Assembly: GCF_963921235.1 (NCBI RefSeq) | Contig: NC_086108.1 | Coordinates: forward strand, 8,556,001 to 8,620,000 | Reading direction: 5' to 3' | DNA: 64,000 nt | From: Mobula hypostoma | Lineage: Eukaryota | In this document: piece after piece, positions 46,798-60,480 of the stretch | Position numbering within the stretch: the first letter of the stretch is position 1 | Layout: each line of letters begins with the position of its first letter | The notes under the pieces: model-generated | Told to the model about the DNA's origin: nothing | The model's input: only the letters and a program-made list of their open reading frames with translations | Database searches by the model: none | Program-made: the position numbers and the translations under genes

Positions 46798-49254
46798 AGA
46801 CAATCTCTGAAGAGTATTGATTAATGGCTGGGGATCACCCTTCTGGTAAAGTTACTGCCCAGAGAAGGCAATAGCAAACTACTTCTGTAGAAAAATTTTG
46901 CCAAGAGCAATCATGGTCCTGGAAAGATCATGACCGCCCACGTCATAAGACATGGGACATACCAATGATGTCATGACGTTGCATATGTCATACAACATGG
47001 TACATAATGAACAATAATTAGTATATTAAAAAAAGTAGTGCATTAAGAGAGCAAAATAGCCAGGTCCAGCGGCAGAGGGGAAGAAGCTGTTCCTGAGTCA
47101 CTGAGTGTGTGTCTTCAGGCTCCTGTACCTCCTCCCTGATGATAGCAATGAGAAAAGGGCATGGCCTGAGTGATGGGGAGCCCTAATGATATATACCCCT
47201 TCTTGAGGAATCGTCTTTTGAAAATGTCCGCGATGCTGAGAAGCCAAGTACCCATGATGGAGCTGGCCAAACTTAGAGCTTTCTGAAGCGACTTCTGGTC
47301 CCATGCAGTGGTCCCCCCATATCAGATGGTGATGGAGCCAGTCAGGAGGTTATCCACCATACAAACATTTGTTTATTTATTGAGATACAGCATGGAATAG
47401 GCCCTTCCAGCCCCCTGAGCAGCGCCGCCCAGTAATTCCCCGATTTAATGCCAGCCCAATCACGGGACAATTTATAAAGACCAATTAACCTAATGACCAG
47501 TACGTCTTTGGACAGTGGGAGGAAACCAAAGCGCCCGGAGGAAACCCACACAGTTCCTGGGAGAACGTACAGACTCCTCATAGGCAGCAGTGGGATTGTA
47601 GACTTCCTCGTAGATCACAACCTTGCTCTGCTGAAGGGACTTGTGAGTTCCTATTATATGGAGAATGAAGCCGTCTGGACTTTTACCATCCGGCCCTTAG
47701 CTCCTGTAAGGGTCACCCATAGTGGTAAGGTCAAGACAAAGAGCGATCCAGCTGAGACCTCAGCGGTGGAGCTGACAGCAGATGATGACGCATCACAATG
47801 GCCGTGAAGGCAGAGGAAGCCTGCAGCTGCGAAGGGTCCCCAGTCGTCTTGTACTCTGTGCCACTGGACCCTGACCCCGATCTGTCGAGGACCTTGCGGT
47901 GGCCGTCCGTGCATCAGCCTCCCCACATTAAACAGAGTCGCGCACAGGCATTGTCCACGAAGGGAACCAACTCATCATCCCAGATGATGTAGACACCGGA
48001 TCAGCCTCTACAGTTACCTCAACACCCAACAATAAACAACCCCTTCGGGGAACATCAGATTCAGCCTGAGTGAATGCACCACTGCCACTGTATCTGTAGG
48101 AAAGTTCTTTATGACTGTGGTGTCACAGGGTAACATACTTACTGTTTCACTTGCACCTGTCCCCCAACAAACCCATTCTGCTCACCCCACATTCCCATCA
48201 AATCCCCCCCCCTTCACCCGCTCACCAGGGGCAACTTGGTGACTGATTGACCCATAACACCGTAATGCACACCGTACTGTGCAGAAGTCTCCGGTTCCCA
48301 TAGACAGCCAAGGTGCCAGAGACTCTCGCACAGGACTGTATTTGTCAGCGTGGGGCGGAGAGCGAGTTTGTAAACCTGCTGAGAGCCAAGGATGTTGGGA
48401 GCGGTGAGGGCGGGGTGCCGTGGGAGGGGTGGCAGAGAGAGAGTGCCGGGGCTGGACACACTCAGCCCTCAGCTTCACCACCCTCTGGCCAAAGAAATTC
48501 CTCCTCTTCTCTGTTGTAAAGGGACAGAGGCTGAACCCGCACCTCTTAGGGGTGTGTGGGGGTGGGGGGGACTGGTGGGCTAGAAGAAACCCACTTGATG
48601 AGGGGGAGATCATGCAAACTCCACACGGACAGCAACGGGGGTCAGGATTGGACCGGGTCTCTGAGTCCGTGAGGCGATCCCTTTGGCCATTGTGGTGTCT
48701 AATCCCCACACCCAACGCGGAACTTGAATCACTAATCACCAGATGCCAGGCCACCTGCTTCCGCCAGGTCCCAGCGCTGGAAATTACAGTCAGCCTGTCT
48801 GCGCAGTGACGTCGTGACCTCGGAATCAGAATTTTAAACTATTCTGTCCTCAGTGCCAGTTTGTTGTACCTTCCCCCGTGGTTGCTAATCTGCACTGGAC
48901 TTTGTCTCTGTGTCTCTGTCCGTCTCTGTCTCCCCCCCCCCCCCGATTAATGGTGTACTCTCTCTCCTGATTCATTGCGATGATTTGGGCAGGAAGTTGG
49001 AATGAAAGTGGACTCTGCTCTTGACCAGTGGCGATGCGGAGGGAGGGGATGATGTGAGCTCTGGTCTGCTGCGACAATTCATGTCTAGTGTCAGCTGAGT
49101 CAGACTGTGAATGGGTAACTCCCAGTGCAGGAGCACACTGTCCAGTGTGGGGAGGGCTCTGAATTGGTGGGGGTTCAGTGTTCGGTGTGCAGGTCAGGCG
49201 TGGATGCATGTAGACGGGAGTCTCAGGGTAATATAGCACAGAGGCCAATTGGTC

Positions 49255-49805
49255 CATGTCCACAACAGCATCCTCCCTGAAAGTCTCGTTAGGCCTATCG
49301 TCCCTCATCTCCTGCCTTCTCCCCGTATCCCTTCGTGCCCTGACTAATCAAGAGTCCGTCAACCTCAGCCTTAAATATACCCACTGACTTGCCCTCCACA
49401 TCCACCTGTGGCAACAAATCCCACAGATTCACCGCTCCCTGCTTAAAGAAGATCCTCCTCACCTCCGTTCTACAAGGATGCCACTCTATTCTGAGGCTGT
49501 GACCTCTGGTCTTAAACTCCCTCACCACAGGAAATGCCTTCTCCACAGCCACCCAACCAGGCCTTTCAACATTCAACGAGCTCTCACCTCATTCTTCTGA
49601 ATTCCAGTGAGTAGAGGCCCAGAGCCATCAAATGCACTTCATAAAACAAGTCGTTTAATCCTGGAATTATGTTCATGAACCTCCTGTGAACTCTTTTCAA
49701 TGTCAGCACATTCTTTCTTAGAAAAGGGGCCCGAAACTGCTCACTGTACTCCGAGTGAGGCCTCATTAATGCTTTATAAAAGCCTCAAGAATACATCTTT
49801 GCTTT
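49255..49805 (-). mobile_element. CR1 LINE 3' fragment
   Basis: RPHSEYSEQF.APFLRK.VLTL.RV.RRF...LGLYSLEFRRMR; KTRGHSLRI...VNLWDLLP. Confidence 0.8.
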
Positions 49806-50570
49806 AATTAACTCTGGCCCACCCCTGGCTCTCACTTAGACTAAACCGAACTAACTGAGACAAGGCGAGAATGTGCAACTCTACCCCCTCACATCTACCA
49901 CGCGAGCGCCCCAACCCACGTGTCTAACTGCCCTTAATAAACGCACAACGCAAAATGCAATTCAATCAGAAAGTGGCCCCCCACCAAGGAGCAAAGAGAT
50001 CCGTGTGGCGGGAGAGCAGAACCTCGGCGCGTCATGGGCCATGGCTTCACCACTCCAGACGGATGCCCCTGAGGGAGCGCTGCGCCGTCAGGGGTGCCTT
50101 CACCGCGCTAGTCAAAGGTTGCTCAGGTGGGTGAATCTAAGTCAAAGACAAAATTAGTTTATTATTAAAGTACATTTAATACCCTGAGATTCACTTTCTT
50201 GTGGGCATTCACAGTAAATACGAAGAAACACAATAGAATCAATGATTTTTTATTTCTATTTTTGCACTGCTTATTTAATTTAACAACTTATATATAAATA
50301 TTTACTGTAATTCAGTTTTTTCTATTATATATTGCATTGTACCGATGCCACATAACAACAAATTTCACGATATATGCTGGTGATATTAAATCTGATTCTG
50401 AAAATCCACCCACAACAAAAGCAGACAATCAACAAATATACAAAAGACAACAAACTGTGCAAATACAAAAATAACCGTTAATAAATATCAAGTACCTGAC
50501 TTCAGTTCTTAGAAATGAGCCCATAGTTTGTGAAATCCGTTCAGTGTTGAAGTGAGTGAGGTTGTCCATG

Positions 50571-51300
50571 CTGGTTCAGGAGCCTGATGGTTGTGGGGTA
50601 ATAACTGTTCCTGAACCTGGTGGTGTGGGACCTGAGGCTCATTGTGGTGAGTGAAGTTATCCACACTGGTTCAGGAGCCTGATGGTTGTGGGGTAATAAC
50701 TGTTCCTGAACCTGGTGGTGTAGGACCTGAGGCTCATTGTGGGGAGTGAAGTTATCCACACTGGTTCAGGAGCCTGATGTTTGTGGGGTAATAACTGTTC
50801 CTGAACCTGGTGGTGTGGGACCTGAGGCTCATTGTGGTGAGTGAAGTTATCCACACTGGTTCAGGAGCCTGACGGTTGTGGGGTAATAACTGTTCCTGAA
50901 CCTGGTGGTGTGGGACCTGAGGCTCATTGTGGTGAGTGAAGTTATCCACACTGGTTCAGGACCCTGATGGTTGTGGGGTAATAACTGTTCCTGAACCTGG
51001 TGGTGTGGGACCTGAGGCTCATTGTGGTGAGTGAAGTTATCCACACTGGTTCAGGAGCCTGATGGTTGAGGGGGTAATAACTGTTCCTGAACCTGGTGGT
51101 GTGGGACCTGAGGCTCATTGTGGTGAGTGAAGTTATCCACACTGGTTCAGGAGCCTGACGGTTGTGGGGTAATAACTGTTCCTGAACCTGGTGGTGTGGG
51201 ACCTGAGGCTCATTGTGGTGAGTGAAGTTATCCACACTGGTTCAGGACCCTGATGGTTGTGGGGTAATAACTGTTCCTGAACCTGGTGGTGTGGGACCTA
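50571..51300 (-). repeat. 95-bp tandem array (~7.7 copies) derived from a Rex1/Babar-type LINE 3' end
   Basis: CTGGTTCAGGA unit starts at 50571, 50666, 50761, 50856, 50951, 51046, 51142 and 51237; unit encodes SLRSHTTRFRNSYYPTTIRLLNQ. Confidence 0.95.
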
Positions 51301-54300
51301 GGGCTCCTGTACCTCCTGCTCAATGGCAACAGCGAGAAGAGAATATGGCCTACGGGTGGGATCCCTCACAGAGGGATCAGAAGTGGAGAGAGTGAACAGC
51401 TTCAAATTTCTGGGTGTCAAGATCTCTGAGGATCTAACCTGGTCCCAACATATTGATATAGTTGTAAAGAAGGCAGGACAGTGACTATACTTTATTAGGA
51501 GTTTGAAGAGATTTGGCATGTCAACAAATACACTCAAAAACTAATATAGATGTACTGTGGAAAGCATTCTGACTGGCTGTGTCACTATCTGATATGGGGG
51601 GAGGGCTACTCCACAGGACCGAAAGAAGCTGCAGAGGGTTGTAAATTTAGTCAGCTCCATCTTGGGTACTCGCCTACAAAGTACCCAGGACATCTTTAGG
51701 GAGCAGTGTCTCAGAAAGGCAGCGTCCATTATTAAAGACCTCCAATGCCCAGGGCATGTCCTTTTCTCACTGTTACCATCAGGTAGGAGATACAGAAGCC
51801 TGAAGGCACACACTCAGCGATTCAGGAACAACTTCTTCCCCTCTGCCATCCGATTCCTAAATGGACATTGAACTCATGAACACTACCTCACCTTTTTTAA
51901 TATATAGTATTTATGTCTTTGCACAATTTTTATTCTATTTAATATGCATATACTGAAATTGATTTAATTATTTTATTTTACTTTTTTCTTCTCTATTATG
52001 TATTTCATTGAACCGCTGCTGTTAAGTTAACAAATTTCACAACACGTGCCAGTGATAATAAGCCTGATTCTGATGGATGCTGCTTTCCTGTGACAGCTCT
52101 CCATGTAGATGTGTTCAGTAGATGTGTGGAGGGCTTTACCCGTGATGGTTTATCAGGGGCATAAAAAATATTGTTAGCCTACTAAGGAAGCAGAGGTCCG
52201 TTCATTATCATGGTGTAAGGCATAACGGCAGGGCTCTTAAACTAAATGAGGATTCCAAATTGAGTCATAAAGTTCAAACTACATTTATTATCAAAGTGTG
52301 TGTGTGTGTGTGTGTGAATATATAAACAACCTTGAGATTTGTCTTCTTGCAGACAGCCACAAAACAAAGAAACACCATAGAATCCATTTGAAGAAAAGCC
52401 CCACAGAACAAGATCATCAGACAAGCGACTTTAAAAGAAAAGAACAAATCGCACACACAGCAAAGGCAAACGAATACCACACAAAACATTAAACCTCAAA
52501 CTTCCCCAAGTGTGAGTCCAAAGCTGTGAGCCGCTGAGGCTGTAAAGCCAGTCAGTTCAGCACTATGTCGATAGCTTCACAGCCGTAGGTCCAGTTTCGC
52601 GCTGAAGCGCCTTGATCAAATTGTGCAAATTGTAAAGAACATTCAGCACTGAACACATAAAACATTAAAGCAGAGATGAAAATGAGTCCACAGCCATGAG
52701 TCTCTGAGACAATCAGATCTTGCAGTGCGAGGCCCAAGAGTCCTGCACCTTCCGCCAGCAGCAGCGAGGGAGACCGGTCAAACATGGGCAGACGGTGCTG
52801 AGCACTCGTTCATTTCCCACTCTCGTGCTCGTCGATTTTAACCTTGCTCGACACTTTAATTGGCGGGGGACAACGGTGCCAACCACAGGCTCGTATTCCG
52901 CCATTAGGAATCAACGCAGCATGCACCCCCATCAAAGGCCAGAGCTGCACTCCCCGCCGAATCCCCCAGGAGATCACAAAAGCGTCAGATCGTTCCGTTG
53001 GCCAAAAATACACTCTTAAAAGGGAAATTACAGGTTGTAATTAATCTCAGCTCAGAAATATACCTAGAGGAAGAAGAGTATCCGGTAGTTTTGTAAGCTG
53101 TCTGCAAGATGTCGCAGCAGTCACTCGTGCCATCCTACCAGAAGCATTTGAAAGATGACTGTGATTAAACAGTTGGACAGGAAGCTTCCCCCTGGGGCTG
53201 AGCAGTGACAGAGGTCCCAGAACGGAATGGCATGAAACGTAACTCTCCATGAGCCAGGGATCATTTGCCTGAGTTTTCCCATAATCCATGTCCCGTGTAC
53301 CGCCGGAGCCTGATGATTGTAGAGTGATCGCTGTGGCCATTCCTGCCACTGTTTGAAAGGTGTCGTGCTCTGGTTTGCTGCCACATCCTAAAGACGTGCA
53401 GGGTTAGGCCTAGTCAGTTGTGGGCCTGCTCCGTTGGCACTGGAAACGTGGTGACACTTGTAGGCTGCCCAGCACATCCTCGCACTGTGTTGGTCATCGA
53501 TGCAAAACGATGCGTTTCACTTTGTTTCAATGTGCGTGGGACAAATAAAACTAATCTTGAAGTTTGCTCATTGTATGACGTGGGCGATCATAGTCTTACC
53601 CATGACCACGGTTGGTCTTGGCAAGTTTTTCTACAGAAGTGGTTTGCCATGGCCTTCTGGGCAGTGTCCTTACAAGACCGGTGACCCCAGCCATTAGCAA
53701 TACTCTTCAGAGTTTGTCTGCCTAAAGGACTTGTGATCTGCACCATCCCCCACCTGCTCCCAAGGCTTCACGTTACCTGCTCGGGGGGGGGAGGGGAGGG
53801 GGGGGCTAAGCAGGTGCTACACCTGCCCATGGGTGACCTGCAGGCTAGCGGTCAGTGGTAGTGCTGTATCTCCACTCCACCACCCTAGTCTTGAAGGGAG
53901 AAGGATTGAAGATTAAACCAAGGCTATTGAAGGGTGCTGAGAGGAACCAGTCAGTGCAACAGAGTGTGGAGACAGGGAGGTGAGAGACGGGTGTAAGGGG
54001 CTTTCCCTGAGGTGGGTGGAGTCCCTCTTAATGTTATGGATAATTTTGTCAAAGGCAGGTGAATGGTGTTAGGATAGGTCTGATGGGCTGAATGGTATCC
54101 ACATGTACTAGTATGAAGGACCGCAACCATCATGTGGCCTCTCCCAGTAAGGAAAGGCATTTGGAATTCTCCCTCCATCTGCCTCATTTATTCTTTTCTT
54201 TGAAAGCGTTGCCTGACTGTAATCAGAATCAGGTTTAACATCACCGGGTTATGTAGTGAAATTTGGTGTCTTTGTGGCAGCTGTACATGATAAAAGAGAA

Positions 54301-54774
54301 ACATCACTCCTTGAAGATGTCCTGGGTACTACGGAGGCCAGTGTCCATGATGGAGCTGGCTGAGTTTACAATCCTCTGCAGCCTGATTTGATCCGGTGCA
54401 GTCGCCCCCTCCCCTCCCTCCATACCAGCCATTAGAATGTGTTCACGTTACAGCTGTAGAAATTTCCGAGTGCCTTTGACATAGGAAATCTCCTCCAGTG
54501 CTGTTCAGCGTGAGTCCCTGGAACCTCTTGGCTTTTTAGGTTTGACTCGCTCTGTAACAAAGGACACTGTAACAACCATCTGTGACAATAGCCCACTGTG
54601 TATTTGTACAGCTCTCTGGTTGTCACAGCAAGCACAGTAGTCCTCGTTGTTCAGTAAGAATCATTACCCCTTCATCTGTTGCTACGGAATCAGATTTGTA
54701 ATCACAGACTTACAGGAGATGATGTAGGATTTATTATTTTGCTGCAAGCAAGTACCTATAGACCTGAGCAGCGA

Positions 54775-55275
54775 GCACAAAATGCAGGGGAAACTCAGAC
54801 CAGGGAACACAGACACGATGCTGGGGGAAACTCAGACCAGAGAACACACACAAAATGCAGGGGAGACTCAGACCAGAGAACACACACAAAATGCAGGGGA
54901 GACTCAGACCAGAGAACACACACAAAATGCAGGGGAGACTCAGACCAGAGAACACACACAAAATGCAGGGGAGACTCAGACCAGAGAACACACACATAAT
55001 GCTGGGGGAAACTCAGGTCAGAAGACACACACACAGTGCTGGGGGAGACAGACCAGAGAACGCACACAAAATGCTGGGGGAAACTCAGATCAGAAAACAC
55101 ACACAAAATGCAGGAGAGACTCAGACCAGAAAACGCACCCAAAGTGCAGGAGGAACACAGAGCAGGGAACACACACAAAACGCAGGGGAGACTCAGAGCA
55201 GAGAACACACACAAAATGCAGGAGAGACTCAGACCGGAGAAGACACACAAAATGCAGGAGAGACTCAGCAGGCCA
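54775..55275 (+). repeat. ~34-bp tandem array derived from the PLE terminus
   Basis: Unit ACACACAAAATGCAGGGGAGACTCAGACCAGAGA runs directly into ACTCAGCAGGCCAGGCATCATCTATGGA, the reverse-oriented PLE tail. Confidence 0.9.
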
Positions 55276-56310
55276 GGCATCATCTATGGATATGAATAGC
55301 CAGTCGACATTTCAGGCAGAGACTCAATCAGGACTGGAAAGGTGCCAGAGTAAAACGGCTGGAGGAGAGGGGTAGAAGTCTAGCTAGATTGGGGGAGATT
55401 CTGCGGAGGCTGGAGTTTTAGAGTAATGTACACACAGTGCTGGAGGAACTCAGCAGCTCAGGCAGCATCTATGGAGGGGAATAAGTTGTCGACATTTCAG
55501 GCCAAGTCCCTTCAGCGGGACTGGAAAGGAAGGGGAAGACACCAGAACAATTTGTTAGGGAGAGGGAAGGAGAACAAGCTGGCAGGTGATAGATGTGAAG
55601 CAAGGTGAGCGAGAAGGTGGGGGGGGGGTGGAGGATGAAGTAAGAAGCTGCAAGTGGAAAAGGTAAAGGACTGTTAGGAGAGGACAGTAGACGTGGGAGA
55701 AAGGGAAGGAGGCCTGGCACCAGAGGGAGTGATGGGCAGGTGGGAAGAGAAAGAGCGAGAGTGGAGATGGAATTGAGAAGGAGAGAAGGGAGAAAGGTTG
55801 GGGAAATCGATGTTCATGCTATCAAATTAGCGTCTACTCAGATTGTGAAGTATTACTCCTCCAACCTGAGTGTGGCCTCATTGTGGCAGTAGAGGAGATC
55901 GTGGACTGATGTGTCACAATGGGAATGGGGAATGGATTGGCCATCAGGAAATTCTCCCTGGTGTGGTGGACAGAGAAAAGATGCTGGTAAAGCGATTCCC
56001 CCCAATCTACGCAACCCAGACAGGCTCACAAGTGAAGTGCCGCCTCAGCTGGAAGGACTGTTTGAAGCCCTGAATGGTGGTGAGGGAAGAGTTGTAGGGG
56101 TAGCTTTAGCACTTGTCCCACTTGCAGGGATAAGTGCCAGGAGGGAGATCAGTGGGGCTGGGACGTGAGAACAAGGGAGTCACGTAGAGTTAGATCCCTG
56201 CACAAAGCAGGCCCCTTCCATTCCAGTCCTGTTGAAAGTTATCGGCCCACAGTATTGACCCACTTATCTGCCTGGCCTGCTGAGTTCCTCTTGCACTTTG
56301 TGTGTATGTG
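55250..56310 (-). mobile_element. Decayed Penelope-like element pieces (mostly minus strand; short plus-strand tail at the right end)
   Basis: Two PLE tails with degenerate hammerhead motifs near 55300-55337 and 55485-55524, followed by GIY-YIG-region homology to 61780-62190. Confidence 0.7.
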
Positions 56311-58197
56311 TATATTGCTCTGGGTTGCAGTGGCGGAATCTCTTGCATTTACAAATAGATCTGATCCAAATTTCTGTCAGTGTTGACTGTAGCTCTGTGG
56401 GTTGCACAGCAAATTGTGGGTTCAAATCCCGCTCCAGAAACAGGATCTGCAATACTGAGGGAGTGCCGTGTGTGGGTAAAGAGTTGGATCTGGGGAGTCG
56501 AGGGGAACATAGGCAGAATTAAATGGGATTAATGTAGTTTAAATGGGTGGCTGATGGTCAGCACAGACTCAGTGGGCCAAAAGGCCTGATTTTGCGCTGT
56601 GTAAAGAACCAGGAGGATTCTCATGCAGATGGGCCAAATTGTCTAATAATGTCTCAAGCTGGACATCCGTCCCACACAAGCGGGGAAGGACAACCCTTTA
56701 GAATGGAGATGAGGAGGAATTTCTTTAGCCAGAAATCGGTGAATCTGTGGAATTCATTGCCACAGGCCAAGTTATTGGGTATATTTAAAGCGGAGGCTGA
56801 TGGGTTCTTGATTAGTCAGGTTGTCAAAGGTTACAGGGAGAAGGCAAGAGAATGGGGTTGAGAGGGATAATAAATCAGCCATGATGGAATAGCAGAGCCG
56901 ACTCGATGGCTGAATGGCCTAATTCTGCTCCTATATCTTATGAAGTTAAATGGGAATTTTGATCAGCAGGGACCATATGGGGCAAAAGGCCTGTTTCTTT
57001 GCTATGTGTCTCTGTGATTGACAAGTGTGATTGATGAAGCCCTCACACACATTTGCTTAATTCTGTTCTGATGTTTTTCTGGAAACATCTTTGGTTGTGT
57101 ACATTGGGATGGCTCAGCAGTGTGGCTCAAGTTGCCCTTCAGTCAGTTCTGTTCCGTTGGCATAAGTGAGCTTGAGGACGCAGATAGCAGGGCGAAATTC
57201 TTTGCAGTGTCTCTCTTCCCTGACTGTTCCATTCCTATTCTAACTTTGATTCAACCCAAGTCGAAGGCTCATCCGTCAGTTTGCGATCCACGACTCTGCC
57301 CTACTTCAGTCTGCCTGTAGCTGAGACCCCCATCAGTCCCACCCCTCTCCAGCTCAATATCCCTTTCAAAATGGTCGTAATTCAAGGTTTCAAAGGTACA
57401 TTTAAAGTCAGAGAAATGTATACAATATACATCCTGAGATGCTTTTTCTTCGCAAACATCCACGAAAAACAGAGGAGCGCCCCCTCCAAAGAATGAATGA
57501 CAGTTGGACCCCCAAAGTACCCCCCCAGCTCCCCTCCCTCCCGCACTTAAGCGGCAGTGATCCACCCTCCTCCCACTAGCAAAAAAAAACATCAGCACCC
57601 ACCATCGAGCACTCAAGCATGCAGCAAAGCAACAGCAAAGACACAGACTTGCAGTACCCCAAAAACTACTCATTCACCCGGTATTCGACATACCACAGGC
57701 TCTCTCTCTCCCTAATAAGGGAGAAAGAGATGTCTCTGTTTCACCGCAAGAGGGGAGACATAACAAACAACTCGCTGGTTTACAATGTTAAGAGTCCGTT
57801 ACGTCGCTTTTTCCGAGCTCTGTGCCCAAAGATCTTAGGTCTCCGGGCACACAGCCTTATATCTTCTGACTCCCACAACACACCGATCTCCTGCCCAGAC
57901 ATTGACTTCCGATTCCCCTGTCTACAGGCCTCCGAAGTCAAGCGAGGCTCTTAGGCCGTGCCCTTGGTGTGCTGAATATTGGCCAGTCGTGAAACCCCAT
58001 TAGGCGCCATCCAGGTTTAAAGTAATTGGTGCAATCAAGAGGAGGAGATGACTGTTTTGTCCCACAGTTGGTTGGAAGGTGCAGGACTTGTCTGAAACCG
58101 TGGCAAAAGCAATATCCATTGAACATATCTATAAGAAAGCAGCATCCATCATCAAGGACCTCACCACCCAGGCCATGCTCCCTTCTCGCTGCTGCCA

Positions 58198-58663
58198 TCA
58201 GGATGTTGCCGGGACTTGAGAAACTCAGTTACAGAGAAAGGTTGAATAGGTTAGGACTTTATTCCCTGGAGCGTAGAAGAATGAGGGGAGAATTGATAGA
58301 GGTATATAAAATTATGATGGGTATAGATAGAGTGAATGCAAGCAGGCTTTTTCCTCTCAGGCTAGGGGAGGAAAAAAACAGAGGACATGGGTTAAGGGTG
58401 AGGGGGGAAAAGTTTAAAGGGAATATTGGGGGGGGCTTCTTCACACAGAGAGTGGTGGGAGTATGGAATAAGCTGCCAGATAAAGTGGTAAATGTGGGCT
58501 CACCTTTAACATTTAAGAATAACTTGGACAGGTACATGGATGAGAGGTGTATGGAGGGATATGGTCCAGGTGCAGGTAGGTGGGACTAGGCAGAAAAATG
58601 GTTCGGCACACCCAAGAAGGGCATAAAGGCCTGTTTCTGTGCTGTAATGTTTCTATGGTTTCT
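58198..58663 (+). mobile_element. CR1 3' end inserted in a Rex1-type LINE just upstream of the second 95-bp array
   Basis: RMLPGLEKLSYRERLNRLGLYSLERRRMRGELIEVYKIM...; TTTCTATGGTTTCTA tail; the host reads ...CTGCCATCAGG | AGAGATACAGG.... Confidence 0.88.
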
Positions 58664-58677
58664 AAGAGATACAGGGG

Positions 58678-59238
58678 CTCAGGTCCCACACCACCAGGTT
58701 CAGGAACAGTTATTACCCCTCAACCATCAGGCTCCTGAACCAGTGTGGATAACTTCACTCACCACAATGAGCCTCAGGTCCCACACCACCAGGTTCAGGA
58801 ACAGTTATCACCCCACAACCATCAGGCTCCTGAACCAGTGTGGATAACTTCACTCAGCACAATGAGCCTCAGGTCCCACACCACCAGGTTCAGGAACAGT
58901 TATCACCCCACAACCATCAGGCTCCTGAACCAGTGTGGATAACTTCACTCCCCACAATGAGCCTCAGGTCCCACACCACCAGGTTCAGGAAAAGTTATTA
59001 TCCCTCAACCATCAGGCTCCTGAACCAGTGTGGATAACTTCACTCCCCACAATGAGCCTCAGGTCCCACACCACCAGGTTCAGGAACAGTTATCACCCCA
59101 CAACCATCAGGCTCCTGAACCAGTGTGGATAACTTCACTCCCCACAATGAGCCTCAGGTCCCACACCACCAGGTTCAGGAACAATTATTACCCCACAACC
59201 ATCAGCCTCCTGAACCAGTGTGGATAACTTCACTCACC
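58678..59238 (+). repeat. 95-bp tandem array (~5.9 copies), same unit as 50571-51300 in the opposite orientation
   Basis: CTCAGGTCCCACACCACC at 58678, 58773, 58868, 58963, 59058 and 59153. Confidence 0.95.
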
Positions 59239-59739
59239 TCAACTCTGAACTGATTCCACAACCTATGGACTCACTTCCAAGCACTCTGCACCTCTTGTTC
59301 TCAGTATTATTTATATTTTATTTGCTCAGTTTTCATACATACTCTTGCTTTTCTTAGAAATACAGCACAGTAACCGCCGAATTATACTCGTGACCAATTC
59401 ACGAAATAACCGGTATGTGTCTGGACTGTGGGAGGAAACCAGAGCACCCAGAGGAAACCCTTGTGGTCACGGGGAAAACGTAAAAAATCCTTGCCACTGC
59501 GGCAAGAATTGAACCTGGGTGGCTGGTGCTGTCATAACATTGAGCTGACTGCTGTGCTTTTTTTTTCTGTAAATGCCTGCAAAAAGAATTGAATCTCCGG
59601 GTCATACATGGTAACGCCAATGTACGTTAATAATTGATTTACTTTGACTTTGGATGGAACTGGAAGGGCCATGAGGTGCGGGACCAAGGACCTAGTGCTG
59701 GTAGAAGGTGATTAGGCTGGGCAAATCCATTGCCCCAAA

Positions 59740-60480
59740 ACAGAACGTAGAACATTACACCATAGGACAGGCCACTGGCCCCACAGTGTTGTGCTGAATC
59801 AGCTAAAAAGCAAATCAAAAATCCCCAAACACTAATCCCTCCTACATACACCATGTCCATATCCCTCCATCCTCCACAGGCCTATCCAAACATCTCTTAA
59901 AAAGACTCTGATATATTTACCTCTACTGCCATACCAGCCAGTGCATTCCAGGCACCTACTACCTCTGAGTAAAAAACTTACCCCTCACATCCCTCTTGAA
60001 CCTACCCCTCTCACCTTCAATGCATGCCCTCTGGTATTAGACATTTCAACCCTGGGAAACAGATACTCCCTGTCCACTCTATCTATGCCTCTCATAATCT
60101 TATAAATCTCTGTCAGATCTTCCCTCAGCCCAGCCGCTCCAGAGAAAGCACCCCACAGTATGTCCAGCCTCTCGTGATAACACATGCCCTCTAAACCAGG
60201 CAGCATCCTGGTAAACCTCTCCTGCACCCTCTCCAAAGCCTCAACATCCTTGCTATAGTGGGGCAACTAGAATTGTAATATAAGACTCCAGATGTGGCCT
60301 AACCAGAGTTTTATAAAGTTGCAACATAACCTCTTGAGTTTTGAACTCAATGCCTTGACTAGTAAGAGCAAGTATTCCATGAGCCTCCTTAACCATTTTG
60401 AGCCATGCAGCCATATTCAAGGAGCTATGAGCTTGGACCCCAAGATCTCTCTGCTCAGCAACACTGTTAAGGGTCTTGCC
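59740..60480 (-). mobile_element. CR1 LINE 3' fragment
   Basis: EQRDLGVQAHSSL...LYKTLVRPHLE...PHYSKDVEALERVQERFTRMLPGLEG...TRGHALKV. Confidence 0.85.

Noticed and set aside
50571..59238. Regular 95-bp and 34-bp repeats as possible CRISPR arrays
   Set aside because: Units repeat in full with no unique spacers, there are no cas genes, the context is eukaryotic and the units derive from retroelements.
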